This document shows positions 9,005 through 17,939 of a stretch of 64,000 nucleotides of DNA, piece by piece. Numbering within the stretch: the stretch's first letter is position 1; each line of letters opens with the position of its first letter. Both the position numbers and the translations under genes were made by a program. Origin of the DNA: Myxococcota bacterium (GTDB lineage: Bacteria > Myxococcota_A > UBA9160 > UBA6930); assembly GCA_965223415.1 (NCBI GenBank), contig OZ245002.1, forward strand, positions 5,568,001 through 5,632,000, written 5' to 3'. The notes below the pieces were generated by a model. The model was not told the DNA's origin. It did not search any database and was given only the letters and a program-made list of their open reading frames with translations.

Positions 9005-10267
9005 CTAGACGTGACGAACCGCTTCGGCGGGTCGGATGCGGATGGCGCGCACCGCGGGCCAGAGGCTGGCCAGGAGCGCCGTCAAGACGGCGATGCCGAG
9101 GGGCTGGGTGACGTCGGCGGTGCGTACGAGGGGTACGATCACCGGGGACATGCCGTAGGCCTCGAGCCCGTCCGCCCAGGCGGAGAGGTCGATGCCGCCG
9201 GACAGCGCCCACACGCCGAGGAAGCCCAGGGCCACGCCGCAGGCGACGCCCACCAGGGTGAGGATCAGCGATTCGGCCAGCAGCGAAGCGACGAGCCGGG
9301 CCGGCGGCATGCCCAGGGAGAGCACGATGCCGATCTCGCGAATGCGTTCGTAGAGCGACATCAGGAGCACGTTGGCGATACCGAAGGCCATGGCGATGAA
9401 GATCGCCGCGTACATGATCCAGCCCATCTGGTCCATGATCTCGATCATCGAGACCAGCACCGGGCGCAGCTCGCCCCAGGTGCGCACCTCCAGGTCGGCA
9501 CCGAGTCGCTCCTCCAGGCGCGCGGCCAGACCGTCCAGGGCGCGGTCGTCGCCGGAGACGATCACGAACTCGGAGATGTCCCCGCCGATGCCGAGCAGGC
9601 GTTGGGCCTCCTCGATGTGCAGGAAGAGCGCGCCCTCGTCCAGCTCCCGGGACGGGGTGCGGAAGAGCCCCGCCACCCGGTAGGCCTCGCCGGTCAGGTC
9701 GCCGCTCACGTCCTGCACCGAGAGGACGACCTTGTCGTCGACGGCGACCTGGAGGCGCTCGGCCAGGCGCTCGCCCAGCAGGACGCGACGGCGCTCGCCG
9801 TCCAGGTAGCGGCCGGCGGTGAGCGACTCGTCGATGACCGACACGCCGGCTTCGCGCTCGGGGTCGATCGCCACGAGACGCACGCCGACGCTCGCCCGAG
9901 GCGAGGACACCAGCCCCTCGTGGCGCACCCGAGGCGCCCAGGCGATCACCTCCGGCAGCCCGCCCACCAGCTCCGGGCCGACGCCCTGCCCCGGCGGAAT
10001 GCGCAGCTCGATGCCGGGCTTCGCGTCGAAGCCCGCCGCGTGGATCTGCACATGGCCGAGCTCGGTGCGGATCGCCGTGGCCACCATCTCGAACATCAGC
10101 CCGTAGTTGACGGCCATGGCGAGGATCGTGGCCCCGAGGCCGACGGAGATCGCCGAGCCCACGATCAGCGTGCGGCGGGGATTGCGCCCGACGTTGCGCC
10201 AGGCGATGCGCCAGGTGGCCGGTCGCACCAGCGCGGTCAGGAACCCGAGGACGCCGCCGGTCGCCAT
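9005..10267 (-). CDS. ABC permease (FtsX/MacB/LolE family)
   Basis: IAWRNVGRNPRRT, MSLYERIREIGIVLSLG, SLWPAVRA. Confidence 0.92.
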   Translation of the reverse strand: MATGGVLGFLTALVRPATWRIAWRNVGRNPRRTLIVGSAISVGLGATILAMAVNYGLMFEMVATAIRTELGHVQIHAAGFDAKPGIELRIPPGQGVGPELVGGLPEVIAWAPRVRHEGLVSSPRASVGVRLVAIDPEREAGVSVIDESLTAGRYLDGERRRVLLGERLAERLQVAVDDKVVLSVQDVSGDLTGEAYRVAGLFRTPSRELDEGALFLHIEEAQRLLGIGGDISEFVIVSGDDRALDGLAARLEERLGADLEVRTWGELRPVLVSMIEIMDQMGWIMYAAIFIAMAFGIANVLLMSLYERIREIGIVLSLGMPPARLVASLLAESLILTLVGVACGVALGFLGVWALSGGIDLSAWADGLEAYGMSPVIVPLVRTADVTQPLGIAVLTALLASLWPAVRAIRIRPAEAVRHV

Positions 10268-10269
10268 CG

Positions 10270-11505
10270 TCACAGGCTCCGCAGGGCGTCGACGGGGCGG
10301 GCGCGGCTCGCCTTGATCGCGGGATAGAGGGCCGCCAGGGCCGCTACGCCGAAGATCGTGATCGCCGAGCCGATCGGGTTCAGGGGCTTCAGCTTGAACG
10401 TCATCACCGGCTCCATGGCGATGATCTCCGCCATGCCCTCCATGTCCCCGCTCAGGGGGATCGGATGTCCCTGGAGGTAGAGGACCACCGGAAGGGCCAG
10501 CACGAGGCCGATCGCGAGGCCGATCCCCGCGAGCATCATCGATTCGAGGTAGACGACGCGGAAGATCGAGGCGGGCTTCAGGCCGAGAGCGAGCATCACA
10601 CCGAGCTCGCGCGCCCGCTCCAGCACCGACATCAGGATCGTGTTGAGGATCCCGAAGGCCACGACGACGACGAGGATGGCGAGCATGATGTACATCCCCG
10701 CATCGTCGATGAAGATGAACTGCTCGAGCTCCGGCATCACCTCGTTCCACGCGTGGAGCTCGAGGGTGCCGCCGGCCCGCTCGGCGAGGAGGCCCTCGAG
10801 GTCGCCCTCCAGGGCCTCCACGTGGTCGGCGCTCTCGGCCAGGAGCGCGATCTCCGACACCCGGTCGCCGTAGGCGAAGAAGGCCTGGGCGTCAGCCAGG
10901 GAGACCACGGCCAGGACGCGCTCCAGCGCCGGCTCGGGCAGGCGCAGGGTGCCGACCACGGTGAAGAGGTCGTAGGCGGTCTCCATCGAGTAGGCGACGG
11001 AGTAGAGCAAGAGCTCGTCGCCCAGCTCGGCACCCAGGTTCTGGGCGAGGCGCTCGCCGAGCACGATGCCGCGCGGCATGCCGTCGACGAAGACGCCGGT
11101 CTTCACCCGGGTCGGCAGGCTCGACACGCTGCCCTCGCGCTCGGGATCGACCCCGAAGAGCGCCACGCCGTAGGTCGAGCTGCCCTTCGACGCCAGCCCG
11201 AAGCCCACCACCCGGGGTGCCACACCCTCGACGCCCGGCGCGGTCTCGAGGCTCTCGAGCAGCTCCGGATCGAGCTCGACGAACTGCTCGAGGGTGCGCT
11301 TCTCCAGGTAGTCCTCGCCGGAGACCTGGAGGTGCCCGGAATGGATGCGCACCCCGTCCTCGATCATCTTCTCGTGCACGCCGGCCGCCATCGCGACGAA
11401 GACCACCACGAGGAAGACGGCAAACACCGTGGCCGCGACGGTCAGCCCCGTTCGCCGGACGTTGCGGCCGATGTTCCGCTTGGCAAGGCGGAGCTCGAGG
11501 CTCAC
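10270..11505 (-). CDS. ABC permease (FtsX/MacB/LolE family)
   Basis: LAKRNIGRNVRRT, MSVLERARELGVMLALG, LYPAIKASR. Confidence 0.92.
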   Translation of the reverse strand: MSLELRLAKRNIGRNVRRTGLTVAATVFAVFLVVVFVAMAAGVHEKMIEDGVRIHSGHLQVSGEDYLEKRTLEQFVELDPELLESLETAPGVEGVAPRVVGFGLASKGSSTYGVALFGVDPEREGSVSSLPTRVKTGVFVDGMPRGIVLGERLAQNLGAELGDELLLYSVAYSMETAYDLFTVVGTLRLPEPALERVLAVVSLADAQAFFAYGDRVSEIALLAESADHVEALEGDLEGLLAERAGGTLELHAWNEVMPELEQFIFIDDAGMYIMLAILVVVVAFGILNTILMSVLERARELGVMLALGLKPASIFRVVYLESMMLAGIGLAIGLVLALPVVLYLQGHPIPLSGDMEGMAEIIAMEPVMTFKLKPLNPIGSAITIFGVAALAALYPAIKASRARPVDALRSL

Positions 11506-11539
11506 GGGCCGCGTCCCAGCGCGAGCTGGGTTCTCGGGT

Positions 11540-12340
11540 TCAACGATCCCCTCCCTGCGTCAGGTGGCGCTTGGTGAAGATCGTGTCCTCGAACTCCTCG
11601 TCGAAGCGGATCTCGTGGATCTCGATGGCGGTCTCGTGCCCCTCCTTGTCGAGGGGCACCATCGACCACTTGTGCGGGTAGGGCCGGCCGCTCACGTCGC
11701 GGATCTCGGAGAAGCGCATCTCGCGGAGCCGCTCACCGCCTTCGTCGTAGAAGTCCTGGCGAAGAGGCGCCGAGCGCTCCACGTCGACCCAGGTGAGGAT
11801 CTTCCCCCAGACGACCGGTGCGTCCTCGTGGGGCTCGTACTGGAGCACGTAGGCCCGCGGGCCCGCGCCATCCGGATCGATCCCCAGCAGCGTGTGATCG
11901 TAGTCGTCGAGCTGGCTCGACTCGCGCACCAGATCGTCGTTGGTGAAATCGCTGCCCATCCAGCTCTGGAGCATCATCGACGGCGGGATGCGCAGGGTGC
12001 GCTCCACCCGCGGAATGTAGTTCCACATGTTGGGGTGCAGCTTCAGGAAGCCCATGCCCTTGTCCTTGGGCGGCCCGAGGATGCGGATGAAGGAGCGCTT
12101 CTTCGGGCGGTCGTCCCAGCCCTTGAAGGTCACCCGACGCGGCTCCGGCAGACGCGGCGAGACGATCGTCATCGTCGCCTCCATGTAGGAGGTCTGCCCG
12201 CGAAAGATGTCCTCCACCCGCTCGGCGATCTCGCGCCCCGTGAGGCCTTCCGGCGCCGGGTCGAGCGCATCGTCCTGGGCGAACGCGCCGCCCGCGACGA
12301 AGGCGGCTGCGAGCAGCGCGATCCTCCACTTCCACGTCAT
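11540..12340 (-). CDS. LolA-like outer membrane lipoprotein-sorting protein
   Basis: Signal peptide; MWNYIPRVERTLRIPPSMMLQSWMGSDFTNDD. Confidence 0.88.
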   Translation of the reverse strand: MTWKWRIALLAAAFVAGGAFAQDDALDPAPEGLTGREIAERVEDIFRGQTSYMEATMTIVSPRLPEPRRVTFKGWDDRPKKRSFIRILGPPKDKGMGFLKLHPNMWNYIPRVERTLRIPPSMMLQSWMGSDFTNDDLVRESSQLDDYDHTLLGIDPDGAGPRAYVLQYEPHEDAPVVWGKILTWVDVERSAPLRQDFYDEGGERLREMRFSEIRDVSGRPYPHKWSMVPLDKEGHETAIEIHEIRFDEEFEDTIFTKRHLTQGGDR

Positions 12341-12936
12341 GCGACGAGACCTCCCTTCAAGACCGACACCACCCCCGGCCAGTGGGCGAGCGGATCGTAG
12401 TCCGTGTCGACCGAGGCCTGCAGCAGGATGCCCTCGGTGACGCCGATCAACAGCGATGAGACGCTCGCGACCGGCGCCCGCTTCAGCTCACCCTGCTCCA
12501 TGGCGCGCTCGAGCAGGGCCTCGAGCTGTCCGCGGCTGCGACGGTAGGCCTCGGCAAAGCGCGCGCGCGAGGCGGGGTGCGCCAGGAATTCGATCCACGC
12601 CCGCATCAGATCGCGCCGCTCCATGACCGTGCGCAGCGCCAGCTCGCCGCCGGCCATGATGACGTCGAGGACCGGTCGCGTGCCGTCGTCGAGGGCCTCC
12701 CAATCCGCGAAGTAGCCCTCCATGAACCGGTCGAAGAGCGCGAGGAGCACCTCCTCCTTGCTCTCGAAGTGCCAGTAGAGGCTCCCCTTCGAGAGCCCCG
12801 AGGCCCGCACCAGATCGTCCATGCTCGCCGCGTGGTAGCCCCGCTCGGAGAAGCAGCGGAGCGCCGCGTCGAGGATCTGGGCACGTCGGACCTCGCGGGG
12901 CGCGCGGGTTCGCGGTCGGGAGGCGGGAGTCGCCAT
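12337..12936 (-). CDS. TetR/AcrR family regulator
   Basis: ILDAALRCFSERGY..SGLSKGSLYWHFESKEE; ATG at 12936. Confidence 0.92.
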   Translation of the reverse strand: MATPASRPRTRAPREVRRAQILDAALRCFSERGYHAASMDDLVRASGLSKGSLYWHFESKEEVLLALFDRFMEGYFADWEALDDGTRPVLDVIMAGGELALRTVMERRDLMRAWIEFLAHPASRARFAEAYRRSRGQLEALLERAMEQGELKRAPVASVSSLLIGVTEGILLQASVDTDYDPLAHWPGVVSVLKGGLVA

Positions 12937-12941
12937 GAACT

Positions 12942-12958
12942 GACTAGTCAGTCTAGTC
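12942..12958. promoter_or_regulatory. Putative TetR operator
   Basis: GACTAG-tcagt-CTAGTC palindrome immediately upstream of the TetR ATG. Confidence 0.6.
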
Positions 12959-13053
12959 GTCTTTCGCGGATCGTCAAGGGGCGGGAAACCTGGCACCGGA
13001 GCGGACGACGCACCGTATGGCGGGCAAGGCGTGGGCAGGTGAAGCGGCAGTCG

Positions 13054-13081
13054 GGCTGCCATAACCACTTTTATGAATGAC
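13054..13081. other. Degenerate Xer/dif-like site (left island boundary)
   Basis: GGCTGCCATAA-ccactt-TTATGAATGAC: 11-6-11 layout with CATAA-N6-TTATG core. Confidence 0.45.
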
Positions 13082-13127
13082 CAACAAGGGGCCAAGTTAG
13101 CCCCGAGGGGACCAGTCGAGACGACCA

Positions 13128-13229
13128 TATGTCCCGCGTTTTAGGTCAGGATTCGGGGAGCTCGTGAGGCTCGAGCGAGCTGCTGGCGGTCGAAACCCGG
13201 GACGTAAGGTCCACTATGTCCCGGGTTTT
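13128..13229. repeat. Three TAYGTCCCGSGTTT motifs (two direct, one inverted, forming a hairpin)
   Basis: 13128-13142, 13215-13229 and inverted copy 13193-13206. Confidence 0.6.
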
Positions 13230-13297
13230 CGCTTCGCGAGAGCCCTTTCGCACAAGGCAAGAGGCCGAGGCGAGGAGCTGCCGTCTCCCGTTTCGAG

Positions 13298-13807
13298 CTA
13301 GCCCAAAGAGGAGTCGGTGTGGGACGTGAGCTGCTGCCGGTAAACCTCTGCCCGCTCGTATGCGAAGTGGTCCACGAAAAGAGCCGTGAGCCCCAGCATC
13401 ACCATCGTCAAGCCAGCCGCCTTGGCGTTCGGCCCGGCAGCAATGAAGAAGAGCACGAGTCCCGCTACCACCAGGAAGGCTCCCGATGGGAACGTGACGC
13501 GGAAGATGGCGTCGAAACTCTCAACTCGTTCAACTTCGGCGCGAACGAAAGCTTCAGCGTCCACCGCGATTGCCTCCTGGAACCGGGTGATGCGCTGGTT
13601 GTTGTTCCAGATTCCGTATGCGGAGGCTGAGGTTGTGAGCACGGAAAACAAGAGGAACGGGAGCACCAAGGACCTGGCGTTCGGCGTTTCACCGAATGTC
13701 GCGAACGCAGCCGCCGCGGTGCCGACGATGACGCCAGCGGTTCCTATTGCGAACGCCTCCGTGATTTCGCCTCGGCACCAGTCCAGGGAGTACTGGACGA
13801 TGCTCAC
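13298..13807 (-). CDS. Hypothetical membrane protein (about 4 TM helices)
   Basis: GTG start inside the 17-bp duplication; hydrophobic segments; lower-GC codon usage. Confidence 0.7.
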   Translation of the reverse strand: MSIVQYSLDWCRGEITEAFAIGTAGVIVGTAAAAFATFGETPNARSLVLPFLLFSVLTTSASAYGIWNNNQRITRFQEAIAVDAEAFVRAEVERVESFDAIFRVTFPSGAFLVVAGLVLFFIAAGPNAKAAGLTMVMLGLTALFVDHFAYERAEVYRQQLTSHTDSSLG

Positions 13808-13875
13808 GTTACCGCGTCCCCCTTTGCTGGGTTGACACATTCGGGTTAGGAAATCCCCTTCGCAGAGAGGGGAAG

Positions 13876-14286
13876 ATGAGCAGGAAGCAGAGCAGGAGTC
13901 GAAGGGGTTCGGGGTCGCCGAGGGGCGGAGCCGAGCGGAGCGAGGCGGAGGCCCTCGGCGACCCCGTGCGCGGCCGGCCGGGTCGTCGTAGCACCGAGGA
14001 GCGGACAGAGGCGGTGCTGGAGCTCTTGAGCGGCAAGGCCAGCGTGGACCAGATTGCCCGGCGTTTCGGCGTTCGCGCGAGCACGGTGGAGGGCTGGCGG
14101 GAGCAGGCGATGGAGGGCATCGGCCAGGCGCTGCGCCAGGGCTCGGGCAAGTCGGCCCGGGAGCTGCAGCTGGAGAAGGAGCTCGGGAGCCTGGAGAAGG
14201 CCTTCACGCACCTGGCGATCAAGCACGAGCTGGTGGATCGGGCGCTCAAGGACCGCCCTTCACGGCCCGGGAGGTCTCGACGATGA
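13876..14286 (+). CDS. IS3-family OrfA (HTH)
   Basis: ERTEAVLELLSGKASVDQIARRFGV HTH; ATGA overlap with OrfB. Confidence 0.85.
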   Translation: MSRKQSRSRRGSGSPRGGAERSEAEALGDPVRGRPGRRSTEERTEAVLELLSGKASVDQIARRFGVRASTVEGWREQAMEGIGQALRQGSGKSARELQLEKELGSLEKAFTHLAIKHELVDRALKDRPSRPGRSRR

Positions 14287-15170
14287 GCCTCACCACGTCC
14301 CGGGGTGAGGCCAGGGTGGGGCAGCTGTGCGAGGCCTTCGGGATCTCGCGCCAGGCGTACTACACGGCGCGCAAGGCGCCGTCCTCGGCGCAGGAGCCGG
14401 AAGCCCTCCGGCGTCCGGAGCGCCGGGGGCCGTGGGTCTCGGATGCGACGCTGATCGAGAAGATCAAGGACGTGGTGGCCGAGTTTCCGGCCTGGGGCGT
14501 TCGCAAGGTCTGGGCGTACCTGCGGCGGCTGGGGACGGTCGTGTCGCGCAAGCGGGTCTGGAAGCGGATGAAGGCCTTGGGGCTTTGCCTGCCGCCGATC
14601 TCGGAGCGGGCCCAGCCGCTCCAGGGAGGGCATGTGGCGGTGCCGGAATCGAACCGGCGCTGGGCCACGGACCTGACGACGACCTGGACGGCCCAGGAGG
14701 GCACCGTAGCCTTGGTCCCGGTCATCGACTGCGGCGACCGGGTGGTGTTCGACGTCGAGGTGACGAAGTCCCAGGAGTCGCCCGCCGTCCTGGCGCCGGT
14801 CGAACGGAGCCTCGAAGAGGCCTTCGGGTCGCGCGCGTCGGTGCCCGAGGGGCTGGAGCTTCGCAGCGACCACGGGCCGCAGTACACGGGCTCGGACTGC
14901 GAGGCCCTCTGCAAGGCCTGGCGCCTCGACCACACGTTCGCGCCCGTGGGCCGACCCACGGGCAACGCCGTCGCCGAGCGCTTCATCCAGACGCTGAAGG
15001 TGGAGCTGATCTGGACGCAAGACTGGCAGACCGTCGCCGAGCTTCGCGAGGCCGTGAAGCAGTGGCTGCACGTCTACAACCACGTCCGGCCTCACCAAGC
15101 TCTCGGCTGGATGACGCCTGCCGAGAAACGAGCCGAGAACCTCGGTATCGAGTTCAACCAGGCCGCTTGA
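14283..15170 (+). CDS. IS3-family OrfB DDE transposase
   Basis: WATDLT, RSDHGPQY, AERFIQTLKVE, YNHVRPHQALG. Confidence 0.92.
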   Translation: MSLTTSRGEARVGQLCEAFGISRQAYYTARKAPSSAQEPEALRRPERRGPWVSDATLIEKIKDVVAEFPAWGVRKVWAYLRRLGTVVSRKRVWKRMKALGLCLPPISERAQPLQGGHVAVPESNRRWATDLTTTWTAQEGTVALVPVIDCGDRVVFDVEVTKSQESPAVLAPVERSLEEAFGSRASVPEGLELRSDHGPQYTGSDCEALCKAWRLDHTFAPVGRPTGNAVAERFIQTLKVELIWTQDWQTVAELREAVKQWLHVYNHVRPHQALGWMTPAEKRAENLGIEFNQAA

Positions 15171-15900
15171 GGCCGCAACCAGGAGGGGATTCCCAGCTCA
15201 GATCGTGTCAACCGCCAGGGGGGACAGGGCACTGGACGATGCTCACGTGGCAAGACCTACGGCGCTCTCACTGATGCGCATGAGCCTCGAAACGGTTTCG
15301 GAATCGCGCGTCTCTGGGTTCGGGGGCCGCACAGTATCCTCGTAGACATACTTGCCCGAAACGCCCTCGAATGAAGAGGAGACCGCGAGTCTGGCGATTC
15401 GGTCTGCGCCCACCTCCGCTGGAGACGCGAGGAACCGCATCATCCTCGGTGGACACCCAAAACCGGCCATAGAAGGACGTCTGAAAAGCGGCCATAGGGG
15501 CTGACGCCCAGGACGTTGACGACGGCGAGGGACCTGCGATCCCCCGCCGCCATGGCGAACCTTCTGGGCAACGAGAAACGCGAGCAGATTCTGGCACTTG
15601 GCCGCCTCGGCTGGTCGCTTCGGCGGATCGAGGAGGCGACGGGCGTGCGCCGGGAGACGGCGAGCCGTTACCTCCGGGCCGCGGGGATCGCGGTGCGATC
15701 TCCTGGTCGCTGGGGGCACGGGGCCCCAAACCCGGCCATAGAGGCGTCCACCGACTCGAAGGCCCCGGCAAATGTCGCAGGACGTGATATTCGAGGGCTA
15801 AGAGGACACGTAGATTTGCGCACCTCCTGTTGAGCCGCTGCGCGGCACGTTCCCCGTGAGGGAGGGGGGCGTGGGGCAGCGGCGACTGAGGCAGGAGGAA

Positions 15901-17142
15901 GTGATGACGATCGAAGTGCTGCACGAGCGGGGGTGCTCGAACCGGGAGATCGCCCGCCAGCTGGGGATCCGGGAGAGCGCGGTGCGCTACCGGCTGAAGC
16001 GGCTGGCGGAGGGGGCGCGAGACGGCCGGAGCGGGAAGCCCTTCCTGGCCGAGGCGGTCCACGAGGTGATCGCGGAGTGGCTGGAGGCGAGCTCGGGAGG
16101 CCGTGGCGTGAACCTGCAGGAGCTTCACGAGTTCCTGGTGGAGGAGCACGGGTACACGGGGAGCTCCAAGAGCGTGCAGCGGTACGTGCGGGCCCGGTTC
16201 CCGAGACCGAAGGTGCGGAGCCGGCGTCGGGTGGAGACACCGCCCGGGGCGCAGGGTCAGGTGGACTGGGGCGAGTTTCCGGGCGTGCGGATCGGGGGCC
16301 AGGAGGTGGACCTGCATGCCTTCCACCTGGTGCTCTCGCACTCGCGGCGAGAAGCGGTGGTGTGGTCGGAGCGGGCGGACACGCTGGCGTGGCTGGACGT
16401 GCACAACCGGGCCTTCGAGCGGCTGGGCGGGGTGCCGGCGGTGCTGCGGGTCGACAACGTGAAGACAGCGGTGGCGAAGGGGGCGGGGCCATGGGGGACG
16501 GTGAACCCGGCTTACGCGAGCTATGCCGGGGCCCTTCGCTTCCACGTGGACGCCACCCGTCCCCGCCAGCCGCAGGAGAAGGGGAAGGTGGAGCGTCGGA
16601 TCCTGGGGCACCGGCGGGGCTTCGATCCGCGTCGGCGGGAGCACGAGAGCCTGGAGTCGCTGCAAGCGTGGACGGACGGCCAGGTGGCGCGCTCGAGCCA
16701 CCGGCGGCAGTGCCCGGCGACGGGCACGACGGTCTTCCAGGCGTGGGAGGCGGAGAAGCCCCATCTCGGGGCCCTGCCCGAGCGGCTTCCCGAGCCCTTC
16801 GACCTGGCCGTGATGCGACGTGTCGGGCGCGACGCCACGGTGCGCTTCGAGGGGCGTACCTACAGCGTCCCCTTCCGCTTCGTCGAGCAGAGCGTCGAGG
16901 TGCGCGGCTGCGCCCGGCAGGTGCAGGTCTGGGCCGAGGGCTCGGTGGTGGCCGCGCACCCGCGCCACACGCGAAGCCGCCTGCTGCTGGACCCGAGCCA
17001 CTACGAGGGGCCGAGCACGGAGGGGGTGGAGGCGCCCGTACCGCTCGGGCGCATGGGTCGACGCCTCCAGGAGCTGTGGGCGATGGAGCCGGAGCAGCGG
17101 CCGATCGACCTCTATGCCGATCTGGCGGAGGTGGCGCGATGA
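15901..17142 (+). CDS. istA: IS21 transposase IstA (inner)
   Basis: HTH, ETPPGAQGQVDWGE, RVDNVKTAV, QEKGKVER; start uncertain (15856-15904). Confidence 0.92.
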   Translation: MMTIEVLHERGCSNREIARQLGIRESAVRYRLKRLAEGARDGRSGKPFLAEAVHEVIAEWLEASSGGRGVNLQELHEFLVEEHGYTGSSKSVQRYVRARFPRPKVRSRRRVETPPGAQGQVDWGEFPGVRIGGQEVDLHAFHLVLSHSRREAVVWSERADTLAWLDVHNRAFERLGGVPAVLRVDNVKTAVAKGAGPWGTVNPAYASYAGALRFHVDATRPRQPQEKGKVERRILGHRRGFDPRRREHESLESLQAWTDGQVARSSHRRQCPATGTTVFQAWEAEKPHLGALPERLPEPFDLAVMRRVGRDATVRFEGRTYSVPFRFVEQSVEVRGCARQVQVWAEGSVVAAHPRHTRSRLLLDPSHYEGPSTEGVEAPVPLGRMGRRLQELWAMEPEQRPIDLYADLAEVAR

Positions 17143-17939
17143 CGGCGGGAAACCCGGTGCCCAAGAAGGGCGGCAAGGTGGATCTCGACCCGACCCGCGA
17201 GCGGCTCGTGCGCCTCGGCCTCCATCACGCGGCCGAGCACATCGGCGAGGAGCTGGCCCGAGCGACCAAGGACGACCTCGTGCCCCACCGCTTCCTCGAC
17301 CTGCTGCTCGAGGCCGAGCTGCAGCACCGCGAGGAGCGGAGGATGAAGACCTCGCTCCGTCTCTCGGGCCTTCCCACGGGGCAGACCCTCGGCAACTTCG
17401 ACTTCGCCTTCCAGCCGAGTGTGGAGCGGAGCCGGATCGAGACGCTGGGCACCTGCGCGTGGATCCGGGCCAAGGAGAGTCTGCTGATCCAGGGTCCGCC
17501 GGGAGTGGGCAAGACCCACCTGGCGGTGGCCCTGGGGGTGCGGGCCGTGGAGAACGGCTTCTCCGTGGCCTTCCATCGCCTCGAGGACCTGCTGGCGGCC
17601 CTCAAGCGCGACGCCGAGATCAGCCCGCAACGGCTGCGGCGGCGCAAGCACATGAACGTGGCGCTCCTCGTCATCGACGAGGTCGGCTTCGAGCCCATGA
17701 CGCGCCAGGAGGCGAGCCTCTTCTTCCGGCTCGTCTCCTACCGCTATGGGAGGGGCTCGATCCTGATCACCACGAACAAGGGCATCGCCGACTGGCCCGA
17801 GGTGCTGGCGGGCGACGAGGTGCTGGCCACCGCCATCCTCGATCGCCTCCTCCACCACAGCCAGGTGCTCAACATCTCGGGGCGGAGCTACCGGCTCCGC
17901 GAGCTCGAGCAGGCCGCGGGGCAAAGCGCCCAGCGTTGA
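17139..17939 (+). CDS. istB: IS21 helper ATPase IstB (inner)
   Basis: GPPGVGKTHLA, LLVIDEVG, AILDRLLHH, GRSYR. Confidence 0.93.
   Translation: MTAGNPVPKKGGKVDLDPTRERLVRLGLHHAAEHIGEELARATKDDLVPHRFLDLLLEAELQHREERRMKTSLRLSGLPTGQTLGNFDFAFQPSVERSRIETLGTCAWIRAKESLLIQGPPGVGKTHLAVALGVRAVENGFSVAFHRLEDLLAALKRDAEISPQRLRRRKHMNVALLVIDEVGFEPMTRQEASLFFRLVSYRYGRGSILITTNKGIADWPEVLAGDEVLATAILDRLLHHSQVLNISGRSYRLRELEQAAGQSAQR

Larger units (their letters stand above)
13810..15231 (+). mobile_element. IS3-family (IS2-like) insertion sequence with 17-bp flanking direct repeat
   Basis: Imperfect IRs TACCGCGTCCCCC..GGTTGACAC / TGCCCTGTCCCCC..GGTTGACAC; DR CTGGACGATGCTCACGT at 13793-13809 and 15232-15248. Confidence 0.88.
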
